From Candidatus Kaiserbacteria bacterium (GTDB lineage: Bacteria > Patescibacteriota > Minisyncoccia > Phycocordibacterales > UBA2100): a stretch of DNA of 64,000 bases. The notes below the pieces were generated by a model, which made no database searches, had not been told where the DNA came from, and saw only the letters and a program-made list of their open reading frames with translations. The stretch covers positions 6,108 to 70,107 of the forward strand of contig JACROD010000005.1 of the NCBI GenBank assembly GCA_016214605.1. The letters are read 5' to 3'. The position numbers and the translations under genes are program-made. Each line of letters opens with the position of its first letter. Positions within the stretch are counted from its first letter, which is position 1. This document shows, piece by piece, positions 44,126 to 53,237 of the stretch.

Positions 44126-47062
44126 TTAATACTCTACCACCAACTCCCCCTCCCTCGTCGCTATCAGAATCGACACAAGTCCTTGTCGTGTTTCCTTCAA
44201 CTTCTCTTTGTTTTCTTTATCTACAAAGTAGATCTTCGTCTCATCCTTCTTCGCGTCATACTTCGCACGAAGCGTAACATCCTTCTTCACCTTGACCTCT
44301 TGCATCATTTCTTTGAGAGAACCGTCCTTGGCATACTCCCACTCATACTGTATCTCATTCTTCGAGAAGACGCTCTCAGTCGTTGTGGAGAGCGTGCCGT
44401 AACGGATCGCAAGGAGCTGAGCTTTTATGTGCCCGTGTCGTTCATTCTTACTCTCTTTTTCCTTGATGCGTTTGAATGACAGGGTTGTCGTATTGCCGGA
44501 ATCGTCGGTAATCGTGTATTGGAGAGTAGAGGTAGCAAGCACGGGAGAGGGGCTCACTGACACTGATCCTTCGTCACTCCCGAACACAAGGATATCATCG
44601 GTCGTCGTGGAGAATGTAAATACCGCTTCAGGTGGTGTGATGTCGGGGAGAGATACTCCACCCTCCTCCGACGCGAGGATTAGGTCAACATTTCCATCAC
44701 CATTCTCGTCCACTGTAAGCGGTGAGGAGCTGGCGATGCCGCCACCTTGCGGGATCGTGAGTGTAGCGATGGTTGTGGTGCTGGACGGAATACCTGCAAA
44801 AGTGGTGCTCGCAACCGTCACACCACCATTGGTCTCTTCCACATCGAGGGTAAATGATCCTTCGGCCGTGCCGTGCATGATCACATGGATCGTCGTCGAG
44901 GCCGGGGCTGTGGCGTAGGTGATGCCGCCAAATCGCTCGTACCGACTGCCCGGAATATTTTCCTCAAGGAACCCGGTCGACGTGGAAATACCAGTGTGAT
45001 TGCCAAGGTCGTCGTACAAGTGGAGGGAGAGGGGTGAGTGGAGGGTGAAGTGGAGGCGATCATCGCTCGGATCGGCGACAGGTTGGATAGCTGAGATAAA
45101 ATCAGGCAAGGCACTCGTGCTACCATTGGCCATCATCGTTTCGAGAAGAGTGCGGAGCTCGGGAATTTCGAGAAGACCCGCATGCTCACGATCAATACGC
45201 ACTCCAAACAGACCGTCATTGTATTTTTTCAGATTCACCCAATACCTCTCGCTCCCCGTAGTCCACAAAGCACTCGGCACAACTACCGTACCATCACCAT
45301 CTATGACTCGTTCTACTTGGTAATCGAGCACTGGCGTCTGCATGATAGCGGCACAGGTGGAATCCGCTCGACGCTCAGTGCAAGTGCCAGCGGTGCCTTG
45401 ATAGTAGTGAATCGTCTTGAGCGTATCCTCTCCCCATCCGGCGATCTCGATAATTTTAATGCCGCTCGGCGGGATCCACGTATCGAGCTCGGTGTTGTGA
45501 AGCATTTCCGCGTTTGTAAAAAGTATCGGATTTGCGACGACCGGATTCTTGATCGCTTCGGCTACCGGCAGTACCGGACGCGACGAATCGGTCATAAATG
45601 TTCGCAGACGATCACTCGAATGGATGTTGTTTCCATACTTCGCGCGCCAGGGTGCCAAAAGCACAGAATCGTCGAACGTGATCACATTATCGTCCGCATA
45701 GGTGAAGTATTGGAATGACGGGATGAGATTATATGCGCCGGGCATGTTTTGCGCCATGGTACGAGCAGTATCGGCAGAGAGTGCGAGCGGGAACCAGCTC
45801 ACCGGCAACGACTGCTCAAAACCATGCAAGATCGCGCCGATCGCCTTTGGCGTGCCCGTCTGAGGGACCCCAACAAAGATAACCTTGTCGATAAGTTGTT
45901 CAGCCGTTGTGGTCCCCAGTTTGGTAATGAGCGCTTTGGCAACCAACCCGCCATTAGAGTGTGCAATGATCGTTACCTTGTGCGTCCTCGACGATGAAGC
46001 CAGGCGACGTAGTTCTTTTTCAATATATGGGGTGCTTGATCTGCCAAGATACGAGACGATATCTCCTGTCTGCATACCGTGAGTGATTATGTCTTCAAGC
46101 GAAAGCCGCCAATCGTATGGAGCGGCCTGCCAATCTTCAATCTTGTTTTCGTTTTTGAGCGCATTCATGTCTCCGATGAACGACTTGTATACGTCTCCCT
46201 TGAACGGCACATAGGCATTATCGAGGATGTCACGCGTGTAGATATCGTCGCGTACACTCGTCCCATCCGGATTCATCGCAAGCTCCAGCGCATCCGCATC
46301 TCCATACGGCTCCCACAAGCGCTTCTCCGGATCCCCCACCACCTGCGGCCGGTAAAGTCGACTCGCCTCGATCCCCGGCAAAAAGAGGACATTTGAATTG
46401 CAGTTTTCGGTGCAGACGGGCGTGGTCGTGGCGGACTCGACCGTGAAAGAGTACGTGAGATTGTGGCCGCATGATCCGGCACCGGTCGTCCAGTAGGTGT
46501 CACACGCGGTGTCGTTGCGCACGACAGCTGAGACGAAATATGGACCGTTGGGCAATATTGTACTCGAAGAAAGCGGAAAGAATTCCATACCGCCAGCGTT
46601 TCCTGTATAACGCGGACCATCAACAAGAGTCGCACCACCTGCCGTCGGGGTGCCGCGGTACATGTTTGTCTGGATGTGCCCTAGATTGGGATACGATACC
46701 CATTCGCCGCCAAACTGGCCCCACTGAACGCAAAGAGTAGCTCCATCGGGTGCTCCCGGGGCGTACACGTCGTAATACCAACCACAGGTGGGGTATGCTC
46801 CGCCGGTCACATGTATAAAGGAGAAAACCGCACCATCCGAAAGAGGGGCCGACCCAAGGGACGTATTGGGAAGGGTGGTGGTGACATTGGTGATTGAGCC
46901 GTCGCCGCCGGCGGATGCGGTGATGGGGAGGATGAGGAAAGATAGAATCGACAGCAGCGCGGCGATTGCGATCGCCGCGCTGTTTCGGATTTCTTTTATT
47001 GATGACGTGGACCCCTCCCTTTTCATGGGCAGGAGTATGCCACAAGCACATCCGCACATCAA
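44126..47062 (-). CDS. Secreted/anchored alpha/beta-hydrolase (lipase class-2/PGAP1-like, AHSxG nucleophile motif) with long C-terminal beta-rich domains.
   Basis: 978 aa. The N-terminal hydrophobic anchor is AAIAIAALLSILSFLILPITASA. The nucleophile elbow is HKVTIIAHSNGGLVAKALI (AHSNGG, as in Bacillus-type lipases). The start is ambiguous (M1 at 47062 or M13 at 47026). Confidence 0.55.
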   Translation of the reverse strand: MMCGCACGILLPMKREGSTSSIKEIRNSAAIAIAALLSILSFLILPITASAGGDGSITNVTTTLPNTSLGSAPLSDGAVFSFIHVTGGAYPTCGWYYDVYAPGAPDGATLCVQWGQFGGEWVSYPNLGHIQTNMYRGTPTAGGATLVDGPRYTGNAGGMEFFPLSSSTILPNGPYFVSAVVRNDTACDTYWTTGAGSCGHNLTYSFTVESATTTPVCTENCNSNVLFLPGIEASRLYRPQVVGDPEKRLWEPYGDADALELAMNPDGTSVRDDIYTRDILDNAYVPFKGDVYKSFIGDMNALKNENKIEDWQAAPYDWRLSLEDIITHGMQTGDIVSYLGRSSTPYIEKELRRLASSSRTHKVTIIAHSNGGLVAKALITKLGTTTAEQLIDKVIFVGVPQTGTPKAIGAILHGFEQSLPVSWFPLALSADTARTMAQNMPGAYNLIPSFQYFTYADDNVITFDDSVLLAPWRAKYGNNIHSSDRLRTFMTDSSRPVLPVAEAIKNPVVANPILFTNAEMLHNTELDTWIPPSGIKIIEIAGWGEDTLKTIHYYQGTAGTCTERRADSTCAAIMQTPVLDYQVERVIDGDGTVVVPSALWTTGSERYWVNLKKYNDGLFGVRIDREHAGLLEIPELRTLLETMMANGSTSALPDFISAIQPVADPSDDRLHFTLHSPLSLHLYDDLGNHTGISTSTGFLEENIPGSRYERFGGITYATAPASTTIHVIMHGTAEGSFTLDVEETNGGVTVASTTFAGIPSSTTTIATLTIPQGGGIASSSPLTVDENGDGNVDLILASEEGGVSLPDITPPEAVFTFSTTTDDILVFGSDEGSVSVSPSPVLATSTLQYTITDDSGNTTTLSFKRIKEKESKNERHGHIKAQLLAIRYGTLSTTTESVFSKNEIQYEWEYAKDGSLKEMMQEVKVKKDVTLRAKYDAKKDETKIYFVDKENKEKLKETRQGLVSILIATREGELVVEY

Positions 47063-47107
47063 CGAGAATATGTGTCGTGGTGTTTGGGAAGGTCTGACCT
47101 TCCCAAA

Positions 47108-49342
47108 CTACTGCACCTTGGCCGTACCATCCTTGATCTGCTTGATGTAGGTATCTACCTGGTCGGCGGCACTCGGAGCCTGTTTCTTGGCAGCTTCGAG
47201 CACAGCTATCGCTTGGACGCGATCTCCGGTCGCGTAGGTAGCGGCGGCAAGTGTGAAGTATGCTTGAGTATCGCTAGGATTGGCCTTGACGCGGGCCTGC
47301 CAGATCGGCAAGATCTTCGCATACTGACCGCGTGCGGCGTAGGCGGCGGCGATGCGTGTATCTGCGGCGCGTCCGGACTCTACGATCGGCACCAGGATCT
47401 GATCTGCCATCGTGTCGTTGTTGGTGCGGATGAGGATCGCAGCATAGAGGATGCGCGCTTGATCGAAGCTCGGATCGAGCTCGTACGCTTGCTTGAATGC
47501 CGCGAGAGCCCCCGGAGCATCCTCACGCGTGATCGCATTGACTCCCATCTCAAAAAGGATCGATTGCTTGGCCGGTGAAAGATCGTGAGCCTGCTTGAGC
47601 GATTCGGCAGCACCTGTGTAATCCCCATAGGCACCCTGGGTGACGCCGAGGAAAAGCGGGAAACGAGCATCCATCGGCGATGCTTTTTCTTGGAGCGTCA
47701 TCTGTTCGATCGCGGCGTTGTAGAACTGCTGTTTGGCATCCGTAGAGATGTTGGCCTGTGCAAGCTGTGATGTGATCTGGGTCAACTGTTCGCGTGCTTC
47801 CTGTGTGCCAAACGCACCATAGTCGATTGTTTCTTTGAAAGCGGCGAGGTTGTCGAGCACCCCGCTTGCCGATTGCATGCTTATGGCCCTGATGAGTGCC
47901 TGATTCGCGGCAAGCGCCTTGGCGTTGACCGCGTAGACGGTGCCACATACGCCGATCGCCAAGACGACAGCGATGGCCGGGAGCGCCGAACGCGGTAGCA
48001 GCGTCCCTTCATAGATCGAATCGGACTTGCTTACCTCACTCGTGCGCCACACGACATACGCGAGGATCGTACCGAAGAGTATGTAGCTTGTGACATTGTC
48101 GAAGACGAAGAAATTGTGGATGAAGTATCCGGCTAGAAGTCCCGTGAGGAGGCTGCGCTCCGCGATCGTGAATACATGATGCCCATGCACGCGCCGCCAT
48201 ACGGTCCACAAGATCGCCACAAAGATCGAGAGGTACGCGAAGAGACCGAGGAATCCGCCAGCGACGAGCCAGTCGAAAATGATGTTGTGTACGCGATCAA
48301 ACCACTGTTCCTGCGCATACATGCGCGGATCGTAGTACTTGTCGAATACGATCGCGTAGTTCTCCTGACCCCACCCGAGGACCGGGCGTTCTTTCACTCC
48401 TTGCCATGCCATACCCCAGTTGAAGAAGCGCGCCTTCACGGTAGCATCTTGCACCGAGATCGTCGCGAGACGCTGGAGGAAGCCGATCTTCTGGATCCAG
48501 ACAGCGTCGCGGACAGCCCAGAAACTGCCGGCCACGATGAAGATCCCTACAAGTGCGGCCACCGACATGCGCCAGACATTGCGTGAACGGCGAGCCAAAA
48601 TGAGCACCAAGAAGACCGAAATGACCGTGCCGACGATGAGGCCGATCATGGTACCGCGCGTACCGGTAAGGAAGAGCGCGAGCGTATCAAGAAGGATCGC
48701 CACCCCGTAAAAGACCGATGAGAGCATACGCTTGCCCTTGGCCTTCTCGACCCACATTTGCGCCCATAGCATCGCCGCGATGAAAATATGGAAGAGCATA
48801 TACACGGCCATGTAGATCGGATTGCCAAAGGTCGCATCGATACGACCTTGCAAGCCCGAAGTACCACCTTCACCCAAAGCGAAAAACCCTGCCACCTGCA
48901 AAAGGCCGTAGAGGCTCAAGAGCACCGAGATGCCGATAGAGAACTGGAAGAGCCAGCGCCAGAGCTTCTCACTGTTGATCACGACCGAAGCGACGACCGT
49001 ATACGCGAGCAGATGCGCGATCGTGATCCAGCCATCCATGCGCTCATAGTTGCTCCAGAAGCTCTTGAACGGATACACGCCCTGCGCATCGGCGATCGCA
49101 ATCACCAGCACAAATATCGCAAGTGCTGCCAAGATCCAATCGCGGCGCGGGCGGTATTTGGGCGAGATGAGTGCCAGCGCGAGCCATGCTCCCGCCATGA
49201 TCTCGACAATGATACGGAAGGCAAAGTTCTTGCCGGTGATGTACGGGAAGAAAAGTGAATTGGCGACGTAAAGCGGAATAATAGGGAGCGCAAAAATGCC
49301 GATAAGGACGATCCATCGAAGGACCTTTTCTAGTGATGTCAT
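47108..49342 (-). CDS. O-antigen ligase/polymerase-like (Wzy_C-type) polytopic membrane protein with a C-terminal TPR-repeat domain.
   Basis: The track ORF is 47108..49387. The likely start is MTSLEKVLRWIVLIGIFALP at 49342. There are more than 10 predicted TM helices, followed by TPR-like repeats (AYFTLAAATYATGD, ARILYAAILIRTNN etc.). Confidence 0.5.
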   Translation of the reverse strand: MTSLEKVLRWIVLIGIFALPIIPLYVANSLFFPYITGKNFAFRIIVEIMAGAWLALALISPKYRPRRDWILAALAIFVLVIAIADAQGVYPFKSFWSNYERMDGWITIAHLLAYTVVASVVINSEKLWRWLFQFSIGISVLLSLYGLLQVAGFFALGEGGTSGLQGRIDATFGNPIYMAVYMLFHIFIAAMLWAQMWVEKAKGKRMLSSVFYGVAILLDTLALFLTGTRGTMIGLIVGTVISVFLVLILARRSRNVWRMSVAALVGIFIVAGSFWAVRDAVWIQKIGFLQRLATISVQDATVKARFFNWGMAWQGVKERPVLGWGQENYAIVFDKYYDPRMYAQEQWFDRVHNIIFDWLVAGGFLGLFAYLSIFVAILWTVWRRVHGHHVFTIAERSLLTGLLAGYFIHNFFVFDNVTSYILFGTILAYVVWRTSEVSKSDSIYEGTLLPRSALPAIAVVLAIGVCGTVYAVNAKALAANQALIRAISMQSASGVLDNLAAFKETIDYGAFGTQEAREQLTQITSQLAQANISTDAKQQFYNAAIEQMTLQEKASPMDARFPLFLGVTQGAYGDYTGAAESLKQAHDLSPAKQSILFEMGVNAITREDAPGALAAFKQAYELDPSFDQARILYAAILIRTNNDTMADQILVPIVESGRAADTRIAAAYAARGQYAKILPIWQARVKANPSDTQAYFTLAAATYATGDRVQAIAVLEAAKKQAPSAADQVDTYIKQIKDGTAKVQ

Positions 49343-49425
49343 GGGAGATATGCTAACAGACTCACGAGGACTGCGCCAGCAGCACAACCGAATTGTTAAA
49401 GCAAAGCGAATATTTTATGAAAAGT

Positions 49426-51282
49426 CTAGACCGAGGTCTTTTGGAGGGTGGCGATGCGCGCGAGATATGAATCAGGGTTTTCGAGCATCTGGGCCGGGGC
49501 GCCTTCTTCGGCGAGATGACCGCTGTCGATCACCACTATCTTGTCGGCGTCGAGAATAGTAGAGATGCGGTGAGCGATGACGACGAGCGTGATCCCGCCG
49601 CGGAGATTGGCGATCATCTGCTGGATGTCGCGCTCGAGCTCCGAATCGAGCGAGCTCGTGACCTCGTCGAGCACGAGCACTTGCGGCTTGCGCGCCAAGG
49701 CGCGCGCGAGCGAGATGCGCTGACGCTGACCTCCCGAGATCGTCACACCACGATCGCCGAGTACCGTGTCGAATCCTTGCGGCAAGCGCATGATGTCGTC
49801 GTGGATGTGCGCGAGCTGCGCTGCAAGCTCGATATCCTCACGAGAAATGGACTCGTCGAAGAATCGGATATTGTCGAGCACGGATGCATTCATAATGAAA
49901 GCATCCTGCGATACATACGCGATCGCCGCGCGCCACTCCTTGATACTCACCTCGCTCGTCGAGACCCCATCGACTCGTATCTCGCCATGAGTAGGCGCAA
50001 AAAGGCGCAAGATGAGATCCGCGACCGTCGTCTTGCCCGAGCCCGACGGCCCGATGATACCTACAAAAGAGCCCTTTTTGATATCAAATGACACATCCTC
50101 AAGCTGATTCGACTTGCCCTCGTATCCAAATGTCACATGATCAAAAGAGAGCCCATCCTCAAACACAAAAGGATTGGTGCCCTTGGATGCCGCTTCATGG
50201 TTGCGCGCGACCTCTTTCTTGAAAGCGGCAATATTATCGGCAAAAGGAATGAACTGGAGGATCGATTGGAATGAGGCTTGTGTCGAGCTGATGTAATTAA
50301 ATATCTTTTGGATCAAATAGACCGTAGCCGCAAAGCTCGCGACCTGAAAAGTACCTGAGAAGTACGAAAAAGCGAAAATACCGATAACAAATATAAGCGC
50401 AAGCGGTTGGATATATACAGATCCAATCCCCTGGTTAAAATAGGTCTTCGCGAGAGCATGCTCAAGTCGCCCAATATATTCACTCCCCTTGTTTGCAATG
50501 GAATCTCCTGCCCCCGATGCCTTCACCTGCTTGAATCCCTGGATACTCTCACTGATGTGGTGCGACAAAAGTTTCTCTGTCGTAGCGACCACCTGCGAAT
50601 GAGCATGTGTCCGCCTGAGAAGCGGCCGAAAAAAGACGATCACGATAGTACCGACCGCGACAGTCGCCCATGTGATCAGTGGAGAGATATTGATAGCCAC
50701 AAGCAGATACATAAAGGCACCTGTCGTTGATTGCAAGAATTGAACAATACCGTCGAGGAGCTGGGTCTCACGTCGAGCGTCCCAAAAGATCGTATTCTGC
50801 AGATCGCCGCTTTTTTGACGCAATATGTACGGCCAGCTCGCGTGCATGGTACTGCGAAAAAGCGAGTCGATCTCGCGTGCCATGAAGCGCGCACTGATCC
50901 ATGAGCGCACATAGGTAAATGCCGTGAGTACGACCGATCGCGCCAAAAAGATGAGCATAATGAAGACAAGGAGGTAGCGGAAGGTAAACGGAACTCCCAC
51001 GAGTCCAAAGAGTCGCGCCATTAGCTGAGTGATCGTATCGAGCGGCCCCGACTGCCCTCCCATTACGAAAGATACGAGAGGAATAACCGCGTTGATACCA
51101 ATACCATCGAGTGCGGCACTCAACACAGCCAGCCCTGCAAGCAAGACCATATATCGACGATAGCCATGAAATGTTTTTCCTAAGACTTTAAGAATCCGCA
51201 ACGCGCCACGCGGCGAATAAGGCTTGGGGAGATCCCTATCGTCGCCCTCAGGGCGCACCTTAGACGACATTATGCCTGCCAT
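49426..51282 (-). CDS. ABC exporter with fused permease and ATPase (MsbA/lipid-A-flippase-like).
   Basis: 618 aa. A six-TM N-terminal domain is present. Walker A is GPSGSGKTT, the ABC signature is LSGGQRQRISLARAL, and Walker B is VLVLDEVTSSLD. Confidence 0.9.
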   Translation of the reverse strand: MAGIMSSKVRPEGDDRDLPKPYSPRGALRILKVLGKTFHGYRRYMVLLAGLAVLSAALDGIGINAVIPLVSFVMGGQSGPLDTITQLMARLFGLVGVPFTFRYLLVFIMLIFLARSVVLTAFTYVRSWISARFMAREIDSLFRSTMHASWPYILRQKSGDLQNTIFWDARRETQLLDGIVQFLQSTTGAFMYLLVAINISPLITWATVAVGTIVIVFFRPLLRRTHAHSQVVATTEKLLSHHISESIQGFKQVKASGAGDSIANKGSEYIGRLEHALAKTYFNQGIGSVYIQPLALIFVIGIFAFSYFSGTFQVASFAATVYLIQKIFNYISSTQASFQSILQFIPFADNIAAFKKEVARNHEAASKGTNPFVFEDGLSFDHVTFGYEGKSNQLEDVSFDIKKGSFVGIIGPSGSGKTTVADLILRLFAPTHGEIRVDGVSTSEVSIKEWRAAIAYVSQDAFIMNASVLDNIRFFDESISREDIELAAQLAHIHDDIMRLPQGFDTVLGDRGVTISGGQRQRISLARALARKPQVLVLDEVTSSLDSELERDIQQMIANLRGGITLVVIAHRISTILDADKIVVIDSGHLAEEGAPAQMLENPDSYLARIATLQKTSV

Positions 51283-51324
51283 AATTGGGCATTATACATC
51301 ACCACAAACCTAAAGATACAAAAA

Positions 51325-51351
51325 ATCTCACGGAGTAGCGGTCCGTGAGAT
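51325..51351. promoter_or_regulatory. Perfect 10-bp-stem hairpin atctcacgga-gtagcgg-tccgtgagat. On the minus strand it is followed by U6, i.e. terminator-like in the 5' leader of the ABC exporter gene.
   Basis: Read from the sequence. It sits between divergent genes (ABC start 51282, plus-strand gene start 51373). Confidence 0.4.
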
Positions 51352-51372
51352 TAGGTATTAATATACACACGT

Positions 51373-52434
51373 ATGTTCAATAATGTCTCGAAATGGCGTA
51401 CCAGTACCAGGAGATTCATCGCCTCCATGCAACATCGCATCAGATACCTACTCAATAAGATGCGGCATGAGCTTTTTTTGCGCGCACTTGCGTTCGCAGA
51501 GAGAAAGAGTGGCAGGTTTATTACATTCCACACCCGCCCGATTTACTCAAAAGACATCGTGCACGTCGCAGATACACTCGTCCACACACCCTCATGCGCG
51601 ATCGTCTTGCAAGGACCGATACTCAAGAAATACGACTTTACACTGGAGACGATCCGTACCTATAAAAAAGTCTATCCGATGCTCACGATCATCCTTTCGA
51701 CGTGGGAGGACGAAGACCCTGTGTATCTCGAAAAGATCCGCGACGAAGGTATTGAGATCGTCCTCAACAAAAAACCCGCATATAATGGCCCGCGCAACGT
51801 GAACATGCAGATCGTCTCTGCTCGCAACGGCATCAAACGAGCCAAAGACCTCGGAGTACCGTATGTCATCAAAAGCCGCACCGATCAGCGCATGTACAAC
51901 AAAAACATCATTGAGACCCTCTACAATCTCATACAATATTTTCCTCCGGGTGAGCGTTCCAAACAAAATAAAAGAATCATATTCGGTCACAACACGCCGA
52001 AGTATCAGCCATATGTTTTTTCCGATATTTTCATATTTGGCGATATAGATGACATGGTGGAATATTGGGATACCGATCTAGTAGAAAAAGATGCGCAATA
52101 TCCTGTCTTCATTGCGGAAATGTATCTCGCCTACTCATACCTCAAACGCAAGGGTTGGCCGATGACTTGGTCAATACAGGCGATGTGGGAGATCTATCGC
52201 GAGTGCATCATCACGATCGACTGGACAGAAATAGATCTCTTTTGGCTCAAGTATGATTATTTTTGGGAACGGCATTTCTGGGAGCACAAACATCGATACA
52301 ATCAAAAAAACACACCTTCAACAGATCACTTACATTTCCATGATTGGTTCAACATATACAGCGATATGGAAAATAAGGTCATAACTTCGCAACATGAAGG
52401 ATTCATACGTATGCAAGTCCCCGAAAAACGATAA
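51373..52434 (+). CDS. Hypothetical protein, possibly a WavE-like polysaccharide/LPS biosynthesis protein. Low confidence.
   Basis: 353-aa ORF. Segments IVLQGPILKKYDFTLETIRTYKKVYPMLTIILSTWEDE are reminiscent of the WavE family. No firm motif is present, and the real start may be an internal Met. Confidence 0.3.
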   Translation: MFNNVSKWRTSTRRFIASMQHRIRYLLNKMRHELFLRALAFAERKSGRFITFHTRPIYSKDIVHVADTLVHTPSCAIVLQGPILKKYDFTLETIRTYKKVYPMLTIILSTWEDEDPVYLEKIRDEGIEIVLNKKPAYNGPRNVNMQIVSARNGIKRAKDLGVPYVIKSRTDQRMYNKNIIETLYNLIQYFPPGERSKQNKRIIFGHNTPKYQPYVFSDIFIFGDIDDMVEYWDTDLVEKDAQYPVFIAEMYLAYSYLKRKGWPMTWSIQAMWEIYRECIITIDWTEIDLFWLKYDYFWERHFWEHKHRYNQKNTPSTDHLHFHDWFNIYSDMENKVITSQHEGFIRMQVPEKR

Positions 52435-52475
52435 ACAAAAGACAGCGCCAAGCGGCGCTGTCTTGATTGAAGCAT

Positions 52476-53120
52476 TCATGCCCCAAAATGTTTGAGCCCT
52501 TCACGAGCCCACTCGACGAGATCAAGCGGGAGGTCTGGCTGCGAATCGCAGTAGCCCTTGGTCGACCAATCGGCAAGTTTCACCAACTCTTCAAGAACTT
52601 CCTTCACATGTGATGGGTTATCGGGATCGAAGGGATCGGGCATGCAGATCAACTGCTCTCGGGCGGCAAACCCCTTTTCATCTCGAGCGATCTTCTCATG
52701 CGTCGCCCACACCCGACGAGCCTTGCGAGGATGCAGTACCAAGATAAGATCGGAATCTAAACCCTCGCTTCTGATCATATCGATCCCGAAACGAGAATTT
52801 TCAGCGCCATTGCGTGCCTCTGCCTCGACATGGATGCGACTTGCGTCGATCCCGTGATGCTTGGTAAGCAGGTGTGCCTGGTACCGCGCCTCAGCACCAA
52901 ACCGTCGAGATTGTTCGCCCGAGTCCACACCGATACCGCCAGTGAGAAGGATCCAGTCGATCAACCCTCGCTCATAGAGCCTCGCCGCCGCTTGGGCCAT
53001 CCGTGAATCTTCGCGGCAGAATACGAACGCGCCCTTAGACCTCGTTAAGTTGGGATCGCCCGCACCACCGAGTCCCATAGCAAGGTATTCGGCCACTTTG
53101 AGAAGTTTCTCTTGTTCCAC
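52476..53120 (-). CDS. DUF218/YdcF (ElyC/SanA)-family protein.
   Basis: 214 aa. Segments ILLTGGIG...LILVLHPRKARRVWAT match the YdcF-like pattern (LVTSAYHMRRA equivalent). Confidence 0.55.
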   Translation of the reverse strand: MEQEKLLKVAEYLAMGLGGAGDPNLTRSKGAFVFCREDSRMAQAAARLYERGLIDWILLTGGIGVDSGEQSRRFGAEARYQAHLLTKHHGIDASRIHVEAEARNGAENSRFGIDMIRSEGLDSDLILVLHPRKARRVWATHEKIARDEKGFAAREQLICMPDPFDPDNPSHVKEVLEELVKLADWSTKGYCDSQPDLPLDLVEWAREGLKHFGA

Positions 53121-53237
53121 GTCCTATCCCCTTTCAAGTTTCAAGAAGTATTCTGGTGCTATGTAAGCACAGGAAAGTGTCTGTGTCAATTCCAAGATTT
53201 TTTGCGCCGATACTCCCTTCTTGCATGAACTGCCCTA

